Positions 12,125 through 24,381 are shown, numbered from the whole stretch's first letter. The stretch: 63,758 nt of DNA, filler included, from Gonapodya sp. JEL0774 (GCA_027604505.1; 44 parts of 44 records of this genome joined end to end with filler, not necessarily neighbours in it); one strand, 5' to 3'. Numbers and translations are program-made. Notes: a model not told the origin generated them from the letters alone.

Positions 12125-13052
12125 GTTCATTCGCCCCCCCAGGAGGAGGAATCGGAGGCAGTGGCCTTCCTCCTGGGGTCCGCGCATGGGAGTTTCGCCC
12201 CTCTGGTGAGATTCCGCGTGAGCTGCTGCATACTGGGGACTCTTTGAATTTGGACGGTTGGAATTTTGAGTTGAGTCGTTTGGATCGGCGTTTATTGTCA
12301 GCGGGAGAGATTGCAGATGTTGATTACGTTTGGGATGGGGTTCGATTTGGGTTTCGCACGTTTGATACTGGTATGGAAGACCCATGCCCGCAGTTGGCCT
12401 TTGAGACGGATAACTTTGGTTTGACGGGACCGGGTGGTGTGGCGTTGAAGGTGGCGTTTGAACAGGATATCGCGTTGGGGCGCTACTTACCTGCTGATCG
12501 GAATCAGGCTCGGCGGGTGAATGGTCAGGGTCCGATAGTCAAGGACGCATCGAAAGGTACATTCCGCATCATCACGGATTGCAGTAAGCCGGAGGGGCTC
12601 GCCCCCAACGCTCGGTGTGTGGACGCAGCAGTTGCCTATGAGGGGCATGACATCTTGCGTCACGCTATTGTTGAGGCTGGTCGCGGCTGCCTCATTTCTG
12701 TTCGGGACATTTCGGCTGCTTACCGTCACGTTCACATTCACCCGGATGAGTACCCGTATTACTTCGTTTTTCACCCTTCTTTTGGTTACTATGTGGACAC
12801 TCGTTTGTCGTTTGGTATTCGCAAGGCATGCTTCATTTTTTCGGCAATCGGGAGGGTTATTCGGTTGATTTTGCGTTTGAACTACGGTGTTTCTTTGACT
12901 CTGATCTATTTGGACGATTTCCCTAATGTCCATTGTTCCCGTCCCTCTGCCTTGGCGGAGTTCCATATTCTCGGCGAGACTTTAGCGTCACTCGGCTTGC
13001 CTCCCAACATCGCCAAGGATCAACCTCCGAGCACTCGGGCACAGATCCTTGG
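12121..13052 (+). mobile_element. Reverse transcriptase ORF (partial) of an Ngaro-like retrotransposon
   Basis: FRIITDCSKP, RDISAAYRHVHIHP, YYVDTRLSFGIRKACFIF, IYLDDF, LGLPPNIAK; no introns. Confidence 0.9.
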
Positions 13053-13304
13053 NNNNNNNNNNNNNNNNNNNNNNNNNNNNNNNNNNNNNNNNNNNNTTAA
13101 TTAATTAANNNNNNNNNNNNNNNNNNNNNNNNNNNNNNNNNNNNNNNNNNNNAGGATTAATCAGGGCTCCAGGCATCCGCGTGATCGAAGGCGATGACTG
13201 GATCAGGCAACCGGTCATCCCATAACCCCTGGTACACGTTTAGCGCGCATCCCGAGCTGTTCTTGTCTTCAATCCCTTCTGTGTACAGTCACCGACTTGA
13301 CACC

Positions 13305-14511
13305 ATGCTGCAGCTTCGGACCATCATCGTCCTCCTCGGGTTGTGCAGGTGAATAGTCGCCGATGATCATGATGATGGATCAGGATGCCTATTACACTGC
13401 GCTCCACTCCGGCGAGGACCTGCATCCACTGAGTTTATCTTCTCGCTGAATTCAGCTCCACCATCGTCGCGATCATCACCGTCTCCATCGGGGTCGTCAC
13501 CAACAACAAGAGCATCTCCCGCTCGTCTGATCAAGGTAAGAAGTCGTCGGCCTTGTAGAAACTTGATCAAAGCTCTCCGGTCATTGAAACTTCTTTTGCT
13601 TTACGCAGCTTCCCTGAGCATTCATTCTCTCGCGGTTGCGAGACAAGTAGATGCCAGTACTTTCATCACGAATAGTATAGGTTCGTGTCACTCGTCACTG
13701 TACCCATTGCAAGTCGAGTCACGCCACAAATTTTGGCCTAATTTTTTTTATTAGAGAATTACATTCAACTGGTGAGGGCAGGCCGGTCCTCGGTTTGGAC
13801 TTCATTGGATTGCCTCACATTCATCTGTTCGATCGTTGTTTCTAAGATGCAACTGACCTCTCAAACAATTGGCGCGGTGATTGCTTCGGGGAAGTTCTCG
13901 CTCGAGGATCAAGAGTAAGCGATTGTACTGAATGAGACAGAAACTCAACCCCCAACGACCGATTTTCTGTTTCTCTGTCTGTTAATAGTACGCTTCTTCC
14001 CTTTCTCAAGACAGTTGTAGAAAGCTTCGGCATATATGGTAGAAACTGATTTTGTGCCTCTGGAATGTTCGTATTTCACCTGCCATCACGTGTTCCACGA
14101 TAGATCGCACAGTCGCGTTCGGAACCAATCAATTGACCTCTCGAACATCGCTCTTGATTGCTAAGAACACAATCATCACGAGTGCAGGATACACTGTTGG
14201 TCTTATATATTCAACGAATAATTCAACATGCCAGCGTTTCTGTCCGGTTCAATCTACCAACAATTCTTATCAGTTTTATGGTCTGGATGCCAGCACGCTG
14301 ACCTTACAAAGGCTCATACTTACTTTGCCCATTGATTCAAATACAAACGACTTGCGCTTCGCAAGTATACCCAGAAACACTCCGATGATTATTGCTCCAC
14401 AAGTTTACCCGGACGAGATAGCTCAATCGATTACAATGGGTCTTTATGACCCTCGCGGCATACAAGTCGGCTCAAGCGTCGTTTTATTTTCGGTTCAGAA
14501 TTTTTGCGATA
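13305..14511 (+). CDS. Membrane-anchored protein with a putative extracellular Cache-like sensor domain (exons 13305-13348, 13456-13535, 13609-13680, 13755-13771, 13847-13914, 13989-14038, 14104-end)
   Basis: Six GT-AG introns keep the frame. N-terminal TM LRTIIVLLGLCSSTIVAIITVSIGVV, a long amphipathic helix, then IIAPQVY...ITMGLYDPRGIQVGSSVVLFSVQNFCD. Confidence 0.6.
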
Positions 14512-16070
14512 NNNNNNNNNNNNNNNNNNNNNNNNNNNNNNNNNNNNNNNNNNNNTTAATTAATTAANNNNNNNNNNNNNNNNNNNNNNNNNNNNNNNNN
14601 NNNNNNNNNNNCACATGGGGAGAGATGGCTTGGTTGGACGGAAAAGGCACAGTCAGAGTTGCAGCACCGGCGGCGTCGGGTGCTTGGATGACGCAGGCGC
14701 CGTGGGAGGAGGATTGGAGAGCCGTTTAAGTGGAGGAAATGGGGAGTCTTCCTTTCGTTTGTACCGCTCGCCAACTCTGTATATTCTGTTGCTTGTCGTC
14801 TTTCAACGCCTCGAGTAGCTTAGTGAGTTTTTTCTTGTACTACTGTTCTTTCCATTTTCTTTCGACAGTTTCTTTGGATGATCAATGTTTGGGGTGTCTT
14901 CGAGAGCACTGATGGCAGGCCACAGCCGAGTAAGAATGACTGTGTGGGGACGATGTGCGAGCAACCGCTTGGGTGCTTAGTTGGCACTCGCATTTCTCAG
15001 TTGGCTGCCTCGGCTGCTGCAGGTTGATCCGCGAATGGTGGGTTGAGTGTACTAAAGGATCAACCGAGCTCTCCCTTCCTGGCAGTAAGTTTGCAGTTAG
15101 TCGCACTGGTACACCTGTGCTTTGATATCGCGATCGTTACATGGGTAGATCCTGCACTATGCAAAGGATTTTTGGTAATGATCTATTGGAGCAAGAATGA
15201 CGCAGAGTACATTCAAAGGAAATGTTTTGGTGAATGGTTCACAGACAAAATCTGACAGCCGATAAAGAGAGGCATCAATTCCAACGCCAGCAATAATTCA
15301 AGCTTCCCAGACTGCTAACGATCTTTAAAATCTATTATTCGTTGTGGATACTTGCAAATAGAATTAAGTACCTTCAAGTATACACCAAACTAACACAATT
15401 GCCCGAAATGCAATCGTCCCTTCCTTTAGCGCGGGGCAGGTCGCGAGGCAGGTCCGTAGGCGAAGGTTTATATTTGCGAAGGGTGGGTCAAATCAACGCA
15501 CACCGTTTCAAACAAAATAAGACATCACCAAGACGTCATGACCGATTGCTCGCAAAGTCCCCAAGAGATCCCAGTCACCGCCGCACCGTGGACCCTCGAG
15601 TTTGGGATTTTGAGTGCTCTGCACTTCGGGGTATGTTGCCTGGGGTTAGGAGCGTTGGCAATCTTAGTACCCAACTTTGTTCGAGTAAAGGTTTGTCCTT
15701 CTTTGAGGCTGGGATTGATTTATCTGGCCCTTGGCAGACTCTGTCAATCAGAAAAGTCTCACACTCATCGGTGATCGATCATGGTTTTCAACATCCACAC
15801 AAACCCGATCAGAATCTCCGAGAACCGATCAACATGGTATACATGAGCCTATTCACTGGAAATTTTTTGTTTCTTGTTGCTGTACTGGCAGGGCTTGCTG
15901 CCCGAAAGTGGACGGAATCCACGCACTTGTCCTGGTTTGGGTGTCAGTTGGAAGGTTCGGTGATTTACATNNNNNNNNNNNNNNNNNNNNNNNNNNNNNN
16001 NNNNNNNNNNNNNNTTAATTAATTAANNNNNNNNNNNNNNNNNNNNNNNNNNNNNNNNNNNNNNNNNNNN

Positions 16071-17427
16071 CACCATACCGTCTCGGCCCCTTTGCTAGGG
16101 TCGCGCGTTGCGTCACCACAGTATCCACCAGTGCCACGTCCTTACGCTTCGAAAGCACCGGGGGTGTTCCACGACGAACGGATTTTATCGGTTCTGGCAA
16201 AAGGCAAGGCTTGCAATTTCACTGGTGAGGACGAAAGTATCACCCAGGCAAGGCAAGTCAAAGAATTCTTCACGGTGCTGGCTGTATGTCACTCCGTGGT
16301 AGTGTCGGGGCAAGATGGGTCGGAGGAGCAAGGGGATGCCGTCACAAAAGAATCACCAAAGAATGTTGATGGAGAGATTTCAGTCGCTGTTGATATCAAG
16401 TTTAAACCTGTGAGAGAACTCACGTATCGCGCGCAATCGCCAGATGAGGCGGCATTAGTGGATGCAGCGAAGGTATGTTGTGGGAATAACGCCGAGACTC
16501 GGTATTGATGATGGACTTAAGATTTTTGTGAATCAGAACATGGGAATCGCCTTCTTGGGCAGAAAAATGAACACGGTCTTCCTAGATGTTTTCGGAGAAT
16601 CGGAAATTTATGAAATTCTCAACGTTCTAGAGTTCAATTCCACCCGAAAGCGCATGTCAGTGGTTGTTCGGAGGCCGGACGGGACACTCTCAGTATTTTG
16701 CAAGGGTGCTGATTCTGTCATAATGGCCCGACTTGCATCTGGCCAGAAAGAAATTGCGGGTGTTACGGGTCTCCATTTGGACGCCTTTGCCGAGGAAGGA
16801 TTACGAACACTGTGTCTGGCAACGGTATCAATCAGTAAAGAAGCATATGATGAATGGAAACGAGAACATGATGAAGCGAGTGCCGCCATTGTTGATAGGG
16901 AGGCCAAAGAGGACGCGGTGGCGGATAAGGTGAGTTTCCAGAGTGGGATCACTGTTCAGTTCACCACACGCTTACGTCGGCGCGTTTCACAATAGCTTGA
17001 GCGAGCGATGGTTCTTCTTGGAGCCACCGCTATTGAGGACAAGCTTCAAGAAGGCGTTCCCCAGGCAATTTCCACTCTTGCAAAAGCAGGCATGAAGATC
17101 TGGGTGCTGACTGGGGACAAGATGGAAACTGCTGTCAACATTGGATTTTCGTGCAATCTTCTGGACAAAGATATGACCCTCATCATGATTCGTGGTCCGA
17201 GCGGCGCCGGTGCTGAAGAAATCCAAGCCGAGACTCTCCCGATTCGCCAACAAGTCGCGAGTGCGCTAGCCACCTATTTTACCAAACCTGTTCGGACGTG
17301 GTTCGGTCGAAGCGGCAGTTACATCGACCCTTCGCAGAAAAAAGCACTCATTATTGATGGGTATGCATTGAAGCACGCCCTGGAACCGAAAACGAAAGGC
17401 ATGCTACTTGAGCTAGCGTGCAGATGT
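16071..17427 (+). CDS. P4-type ATPase (phospholipid flippase, Drs2/Dnf-like), internal fragment
   Basis: LAVCHSV, YRAQSPDEAALV, LEFNSTRKRMSV, CKGADSVI, EGLRTLCLA, LGATAIEDKLQEGVP, IWVLTGDKMETAVNIGFSC. Confidence 0.97.
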
Positions 17428-17617
17428 NNNNNNNNNNNNNNNNNNNNNNNNNNNNNNNNNNNNNNNNNNNNTTAATTAATTAANNNNNNNNNNNNNNNNN
17501 NNNNNNNNNNNNNNNNNNNNNNNNNNNGTGATATCTCACGTGCTTGTTGATCAAGTGCTCGCGCCGGATCTGATCACACCAGCATGTATTTGTTCACATA
17601 CGATACTTTATCTGCAG

Positions 17618-17879
17618 GCGTCCAATGGTTCCAATACCACCTCCCTCGACCCCCCGCACCGACTACTTTCCGGCTTGTTTCCATTGTGGCGTGATTGGCG
17701 AGCTTTCCTTTTGTTCGGGCTGCATACAGGGATCACTCAAGGAACGTTTGCAAGAAGACCCGGTGGGATGTCCAATGTACTGCGGAGTGGTATGCCAAGA
17801 ATTCGATTGGAAGAAGGGTCACAAGTGGGTGTGTCCGAAAGGGAAAGCAGGATCGGACAAGAACGCCCCAGCAGCATGA
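17618..17879 (+). CDS. Terminal exon encoding a MYND-type zinc finger
   Basis: CFHC...CSGC...YCGVVCQEFDWKKGHKWVC. Confidence 0.8.
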
Positions 17880-18043
17880 CCCATGTTTTCAGTTCAATAT
17901 TGCCAAATGCTTCAAATGTATTGAAATTGGATTAGAAAAATTTGCATGACATGAAAGGTGTCAATCATCACTCAAGGTCAGGTACAAATCGAGTGCAAAT
18001 ATCAAATGGTTGGTGTGTGTGAATAAAAACCCAGAATGTTTCA

Positions 18044-18502
18044 TCAAACCGCCACCAACTCTCCAAACATGGTGTCCTCCACCAATTTTTCCGCAGCTGC
18101 TCTGTCTGCCTCCACACTCTCCTTCACCTTACACCCAAACTGCACCATCACACCTCCTACGAGTCTCTTGCTGAGCTGTCTCGCAATGCCCCATCCGTGC
18201 CCTGCGATACAATCCAATACTTCGAGAACCAACTGCACATCCTCCATCGCACTGGAGAGACCTTCATGTTGGACGATCTGCTCCACGGCCCAAGCGAGTG
18301 AAGGAGTCCAGAGTGGGAACTTTAGGTCTCCCAGACGTGCCGCTGGGCTAGCGGCGATGGACGTTACAGGTGATGAGTGAGTCGAGTTCAAGGTGGTGCC
18401 AGTACCAAAACGAGGGTGAGTAAGGAGGAATCGAATCTCTCGAAGCACATTGTGACATTCTGGAAGAGACTTTTCGGGGGCGAGCTTCAAGAAAATGACA
18501 CT
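18044..18502 (-). CDS. Terminal exon of an unknown helical protein (further exons probably extend to ~18850)
   Basis: About 150 protein-like open codons after a CAG acceptor; no motif recognised. Confidence 0.45.
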   Translation of the reverse strand, partial: SVIFLKLAPEKSLPECHNVLREIRFLLTHPRFGTGTTLNSTHSSPVTSIAASPAARLGDLKFPLWTPSLAWAVEQIVQHEGLSSAMEDVQLVLEVLDCIAGHGWGIARQLSKRLVGGVMVQFGCKVKESVEADRAAAEKLVEDTMFGELVAV

Positions 18503-18995
18503 GTGTACAGAGTACTCATCAGCGTAACGAAGGTACGTTGCAGTCGAAGCTGGCGTACAAAAAACTCACCTTCTCAAACTGTAGTAGGAAATGAGCGTCG
18601 CCATTCCTAGCCTCAATGTATCCCATGTGTTAGAATCCGCCTCCTCCTCGTTAGATTCGTCTTTCAACGGTGCCAGGCTGGCAGGCCCCGGAAGTGCAAA
18701 TTGATCCGGAGGAAGACCGTAAAACGAACGAAATTCTCGCTCCAGGGAAGGACCTGAGGGACGGTACCATAACCATTACATCGAAAGGATGACGTTATGA
18801 GGGAACGTTCAATCTCACCATTTTCCTCCTCCAAAAAGTAATTCATGGTCCTGCATATAAACCACGAAAACACACAAACAGCTGNNNNNNNNNNNNNNNN
18901 NNNNNNNNNNNNNNNNNNNNNNNNNNNNTTAATTAATTAANNNNNNNNNNNNNNNNNNNNNNNNNNNNNNNNNNNNNNNNNNNNGCCCAACTCAC

Positions 18996-19532
18996 CGAAT
19001 TCGGCAAATCCATAACCTCCATGCTTGATTTCAAGAGCCACGATCCTTCCGTATCTAGCAAAGAGGTCTTCGAGATCCCTTCTGGATGTCTGCGCGGAGA
19101 TACGGCCAACATAGAGCTGATCGAAGGCGTCGGAAGTTTGAAGAAGGAGAGTTACAAGCACGAGAACAGGAGCAGGAAAATGAGCAAAATCAGGAGAGTG
19201 AAATCAGATGAAACACGCTCTTAGCAGGCGAAAACTCTGAATGGCAGCGGTCCAAGTTGACGCCAACGGGATTAACCGCCACGAGACATGCGCCTCAATG
19301 TCTATCTGGCGACAACCCAGACGGACACCACAAATCTTATGAAAAGGTGTCTCCTTTCACGACACTAGCCACCTTTCGGTTCCACATGCTACTCCCGCTC
19401 TGTCTGACTCACCACCGGTTTTCCTTTCTTTCCTGGACCTCCGTCTCTGGGACCTCCGTCGACCGGGGGCGCAGCGTCTCGGGGGCTTGCGGGGTTAACT
19501 GGTCCGTTTGATGCGCGGTCGGCCATGTCCAT
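18996..19532 (-). CDS. SR-family splicing factor, N-terminal RRM (exons 19532-19413, 19116-18996)
   Basis: GKPV|LYVGRISAQTSRRDLEDLFARYGRIVALEIKHGGYGFAEF (RNP2 and RNP1). Confidence 0.8.
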
Positions 19533-21213
19533 GGCCTCCTGTTTCATCAATGGTTTCAAAGACTTTTTAAAGGGAAGGATATTTGGACCAGTGCCGAGAT
19601 ATTTGTGTGCACGGGCCTCTGCTTCCACTGGTGGTGGAACTACACAATACACTTCCAGGTTCGGAGGTTGGGGACTCTTTCTGTGTGGAGAATTTTTCAG
19701 TAAGGTTCGCTGCTGTAGTTCTGCTTCCCAGACATGCGTATATGTAGTTTGTTGTTTCATGTCACAAACAGGGGAGAAAACAGTCTCTCGGAATCGGCGA
19801 GTACAAACGAAAATCAATTAGCATCACAAAAAGAGGCAGGAGTGTCGTTGTCTCACGCCGCTGTGCTGTGTCTTCCGGCGTTAAATATTGTATACTGGCA
19901 CCAACGCCACGTCGTTCGTCTTGCATTCGCCAAGTGGGCGTCACTCGGCCGCGTGTTTTCCCATTCAACCTCCATGTTTTCTTGGAGCCACGGCCGGACC
20001 CGGGTGTGGCTGGGGACGGGCCCCGTGCACCCGCGAGCAGGCTTCTCCCCACCACCGACCCCTTCCCCACCTCTCCCTCACTATCGTCGCAGGTGGGATC
20101 CGCTGGGTCAGGGAGTCGGGGTGGATCTGACCTCTCCCTCACTATCGTCGCAGAGCGGATAGTGCGGGGTTTTTTCGTTTTCGTTTCAGATCACCTCCCG
20201 TGGGCTTCTTCCCCTTCCACCCACCTCTTCTCCCTCTCGGCACGGGGGCTCGTTTTTTCTGCTTGATACCACCCAGCACTGCTTCCTCATGCCCAACCTT
20301 CCTCGCTCCCCCCTTCTCACCGCCGCTTCCGGCTCGAATCTNNNNNNNNNNNNNNNNNNNNNNNNNNNNNNNNNNNNNNNNNNNNTTAATTAATTAANNN
20401 NNNNNNNNNNNNNNNNNNNNNNNNNNNNNNNNNNNNNNNNNCTGGTTTTGGAAACTCAGCTCGCAACTCTGAAAATATGGCTGCTGGTAAGATGAGTGAT
20501 ATCAACTATCAATACTCTCCATTTCAGCCAGCTATGCCCGACTGCTTGTGAGGCCTATCTGCTTGCCTTCAGTGAGCGAGTAACCAGGCATTCGAATACG
20601 TTGCAGAACCTCTCGGTACGTCCACAGATTCACGCTCAAACAAATGTCAAGGAGCACGAATTGAAGCTATGAGTTCTGCAGAATGAGTGATTATCACTAC
20701 AGGCTTTGCCTGACGTGACCGCCATCTCGCATACATATGCATGAGAATTGGTTGCAACACAGAAACCATCCAACTCTAATAGCAGATTCAACCCTCTTTT
20801 TATGCACTATGACCAGACTTCAGCGTAACTTGTCGAAACGCCGACACCTCCGGTTCGAAGATTGGAGAAGACTTCAGACGTCCTGCGACCCCGAAAGACC
20901 ACCTGCTGGCACCGTCGAGAAGAGAGAGAACTCTTGAGACAAGTAGGCGTTGGGTTCTGTATGGTAAAATGATCGCGTGTTTCGATGTCAATGAACAAAG
21001 TAAATGCTAACATCGACAAAAGCTGTGAGAGCGCACCTGAAAGGATGAGATAGATGAGAAGCAGCGAGCCTATTCCGAAAAGAGCAAGCTTGACACTGGG
21101 CTTGAGTGTGATTTCCATTTCAGAAACACCCGACGACGGTGAAACGTTTTTTCGGAGGTTGTGGTGGTGATTTCGTTGCTGATCAACAGCAACACAGTTT
21201 ACAACAACCAATA

Positions 21214-21753
21214 ATGTCGGAGCTTCTCAACGCGAACCCCACCATCTATACGCAAGCGCAGCCTTCTTCTGCTCGAAGAGCCCCTAGGGTCTTCTCTGGC
21301 AAATCCCAAGTCCGAAAACCCAGAGGAATCATGCATGGAGAACCCACAGACGGAGACGAGATGGACCTGGACGGGGCAGATTCGGGAGTGGAAGTGGAAG
21401 AGATCGATGCCGAGGAGATTTATGGTGTGTACGGTTGATGGGTGGAAGTGGCTTGGCCGTAGTCTGTGCGGAGTCTGAGATCGGCAAACGGGTGATGGGA
21501 GTCCATTTCCTTTTGGCAGGACAAGTGCAATTCTACATTTTTATATAAGTGTGGTGTTGTCAGAATGGTCCGATTGATGGTTGAAACCTCCCGGAGCTCA
21601 AGCTGCTCTCATAAGCCAGGATGAATCACGACAGGAATCAAGGGGATTCATCACTCACACAGAATTACCGGCAAGAACGATTATCTTGTTGATGCTCACT
21701 CTTGCTCGTCTTTATCTTCAGACCTTATCCGAAACATAAACGATCCAGAACAC
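21214..21753 (+). CDS. CIA2: Cytosolic Fe-S assembly component CIA2/FAM96B (MIP18), first two exons
   Basis: MSELLNANPTIY...EEIDAEEIY|DLIRNINDPEH; intron 21425-21721. Confidence 0.88.
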
Positions 21754-22325
21754 GTGAGTCCTTGAAAACGCTCCTACAGCTCACCTAACGCTCCTCCNNN
21801 NNNNNNNNNNNNNNNNNNNNNNNNNNNNNNNNNNNNNNNNNTTAATTAATTAANNNNNNNNNNNNNNNNNNNNNNNNNNNNNNNNNNNNNNNNNNNNTCT
21901 ACTACATCTGTGGCCACAGCACTGTCCCAAGTGTGTGCACTAAGTTACCCACGTTCCCTAGTGTAGCTCACTAAAGAATAACGCTAGAACAAAACTGTAA
22001 AGGACAAACTTGTAGACAATTTTACGGAAAGTAAGTTTGCTCCATTAAATATTCCCGAATTTCAACTGCCCGCGGCGATAGAGCCGTCCGAAATGTCAAA
22101 ACCACCAATATCTCAACAACCCCCTCCCCAGCGTTTTAATTGTTCCACAACACAAAGGGGAAGAGGAGGATATGCCACGTGATGGCGTCAACACCTTCTA
22201 AATATGGCAATTGATGAAACCCTTCCAAACCAAGAGGAAGTGGGTGACTATTGGTCACAGGAGGACCAGTACAAATACAAGTTGGAACACCACACCCCTC
22301 TAGATACTAACAAAAGTGAGAATCA

Positions 22326-23181
22326 GGGCCCGTACGGCAGTGGTTTTTTGTAATAATCGATTATGGGGGGTCCCAATTGATTATTGGGAAAAGTGATTTT
22401 TCGGGTGACTTTTTGGCTGAACACCACCAAACTTCAATCAAAACACAGTACACGAGATGGATCTCGGAATCCCCGCGTACAATGGCGACGTCATGATCAT
22501 AAGTGACGAAGAGGAACGTCTTGCCATGATGGCAGCAGTTTGGTGTGCGATTGCTGCTGTTGCCACCATCGTCACAGCGCAAAGATGCAATTTTCGAGCG
22601 ATTCCCCGCCTGATGACTAACTCCGTTCTTCAGGGGGAGCGCCTCACGTACAAGATTCTAAACAGACGCGAGGAGATGGCCTTGGACAATGTTCGGATGC
22701 CAGTTCGCGTGTTCAGGTCGTTGGTAGTGGAAACTCGGACACGTCAGCTGCTCCTGGACACCTGCGAGATGAGCATTGACCAGCTGCTTGCAATGCTCAT
22801 GGTGTCTCTATGCGTGCTGTTTGGTCACGCTTCCAGCACTCGCTCTCAACTGTCACCTGTTACATTCGGGCGGCATTTTCTGCGCTAAGTGCTCTTGCTA
22901 ATGATTACATCGTTCAACCCAATGAAAATACTCATACATCAACCTGGATTACGGCTAATGGACGTTTCTGGCCGTACTTTGACGGTTGTGTGGGTGCAAT
23001 TGATGGCATGCACATTCGAGCGTTCCGCCCAGCTGGGGATGCACAGGTTGCGTATATGAATCGCAAAGGATTCCTCTCGCAGAATGTGTTGGTGGCAGTG
23101 GATTTCGATGGACGGTTTATGTATGTGTACGCAGGATATGAGGGATCTGCGCATGATGGGACTATCCTGGGAGACTGTTGA
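22326..23181 (+). mobile_element. Decayed PIF/Harbinger DNA transposon (DDE transposase pseudogene, candidate left TIR at 22326)
   Basis: RFQHSLSTV, WPYFDGCVGAIDGMHI, YMNRKGFLSQNVLVAVDFDGRFMYVYAGYEGSAHD. Frameshift near 22800 and premature stop at 23181. Confidence 0.85.
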
Positions 23182-23352
23182 GCGGTTACAATTCACTTAA
23201 TCGAACACACCGTACAGAGAAAGCTTAATCTACTTTATCCGACGACCATAGCNNNNNNNNNNNNNNNNNNNNNNNNNNNNNNNNNNNNNNNNNNNNTTAA
23301 TTAATTAANNNNNNNNNNNNNNNNNNNNNNNNNNNNNNNNNNNNNNNNNNNN

Positions 23353-24381
23353 GGTTGGGGAGTCCAACTCACTCAGATTCTGGAGTCGGGACAAAAGGCA
23401 AAGAAGACCATCGACGGAGGCGCATGGTCCGCACTTCACCTTCACGACTACCTACACCACTCATTCTCCTGGGAGGAGATCACGAGCTGGTTCGCACACG
23501 ACGAAGATCTGACGAACTTTCTACACATTCAGAACCTGGAATGCATCGCAGTATTCAGCGGCCTGAAGCGTTTCAACACTGGCAACGCCTTACGACACAA
23601 AACAGTTCTGATCTTGTCCGACAACATCGCGACAGTTTACTACATAGCTCGACAGGGAGGAACAAGGACGGACGTTCTGTCCAAGATAGCAGAGGGAGTG
23701 ATTCGATACGCGAAGACACACGACATACGTCTATTCATCGAACACATCCCAGGGGCGATCAACGACGCGGATTTCGAGAGCCGACGCCGCTGGGACAGAT
23801 ACGATTGGATGCTGAGCAGGTCAATATTTCAGGAAATCGACAATATCTGGGGTCCACACGACGTGGACGCATTTGCAACACGGTCAAACACGCAGACAAC
23901 ACGTTTCTGGGCATGGACAGATGGCGAACGTGGAGCCGAAGCACACGACGCCATGGCACAAATATGGACGGAATTGAATCTCTTCGTGAATCCACCATGG
24001 GCTCTGATACCGCAGATATTGACGAAGATTCTTCGGGAACGAGCAGTCCTCACCATGATCGTCCCTTTCTGGCCAACACAGTCCTGGTTCCCACTTCTGC
24101 TAGAACTACTCACAGACATACCAGTCCTATTAGACAAAGAACCGCTGTTGGAGCCCCGGATCACATACCAGACCGCACCTCCAGAGACGGCACAGCTACT
24201 CGCAGTGCGATTGTCCGGGATAAGCTCACGGCATCAGGAGTTGACCCAGAGGATGCAGAAGTACTGGCAAACGCAGGACGAAAACGAACAATCCAACAAA
24301 AGGATGGACGGTTTAACAAGTTTATGGATTGGTGCCAGTCGAGGGAACTCGATCCCTTTACAGAGCCTATCCGGTGCATAA
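23353..24381 (+). mobile_element. DIRS1-type retrotransposon pol C-terminus: RNase H plus DNA N6-adenine methyltransferase-like domain
   Basis: RNase H: GWG...HIQNLECIAV...ILSDNIATVYYIARQGG...HIPGAINDADFESR. MTase-like: DWML...WGPHDVDAFA...FVNPPWALIPQILTKI...IVPFWPTQSWFP. Confidence 0.9.

Noticed and set aside
11694..13052. Endogenous victorivirus/totivirus, suggested by the AUGA overlap and A/G/P-rich tail
   Set aside because: The downstream ORF is a reverse transcriptase (YLDDF, LSFG), not an RdRp with GDD, and the upstream ORF has a retroelement zinc finger.
14612..15970. 226-aa ORF at 15342 and other ORFs on this contig
   Set aside because: Composition is not convincingly protein-like. 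The contig is probably mostly intergenic between a terminal exon (to ~14729) and a gene start near 15834.
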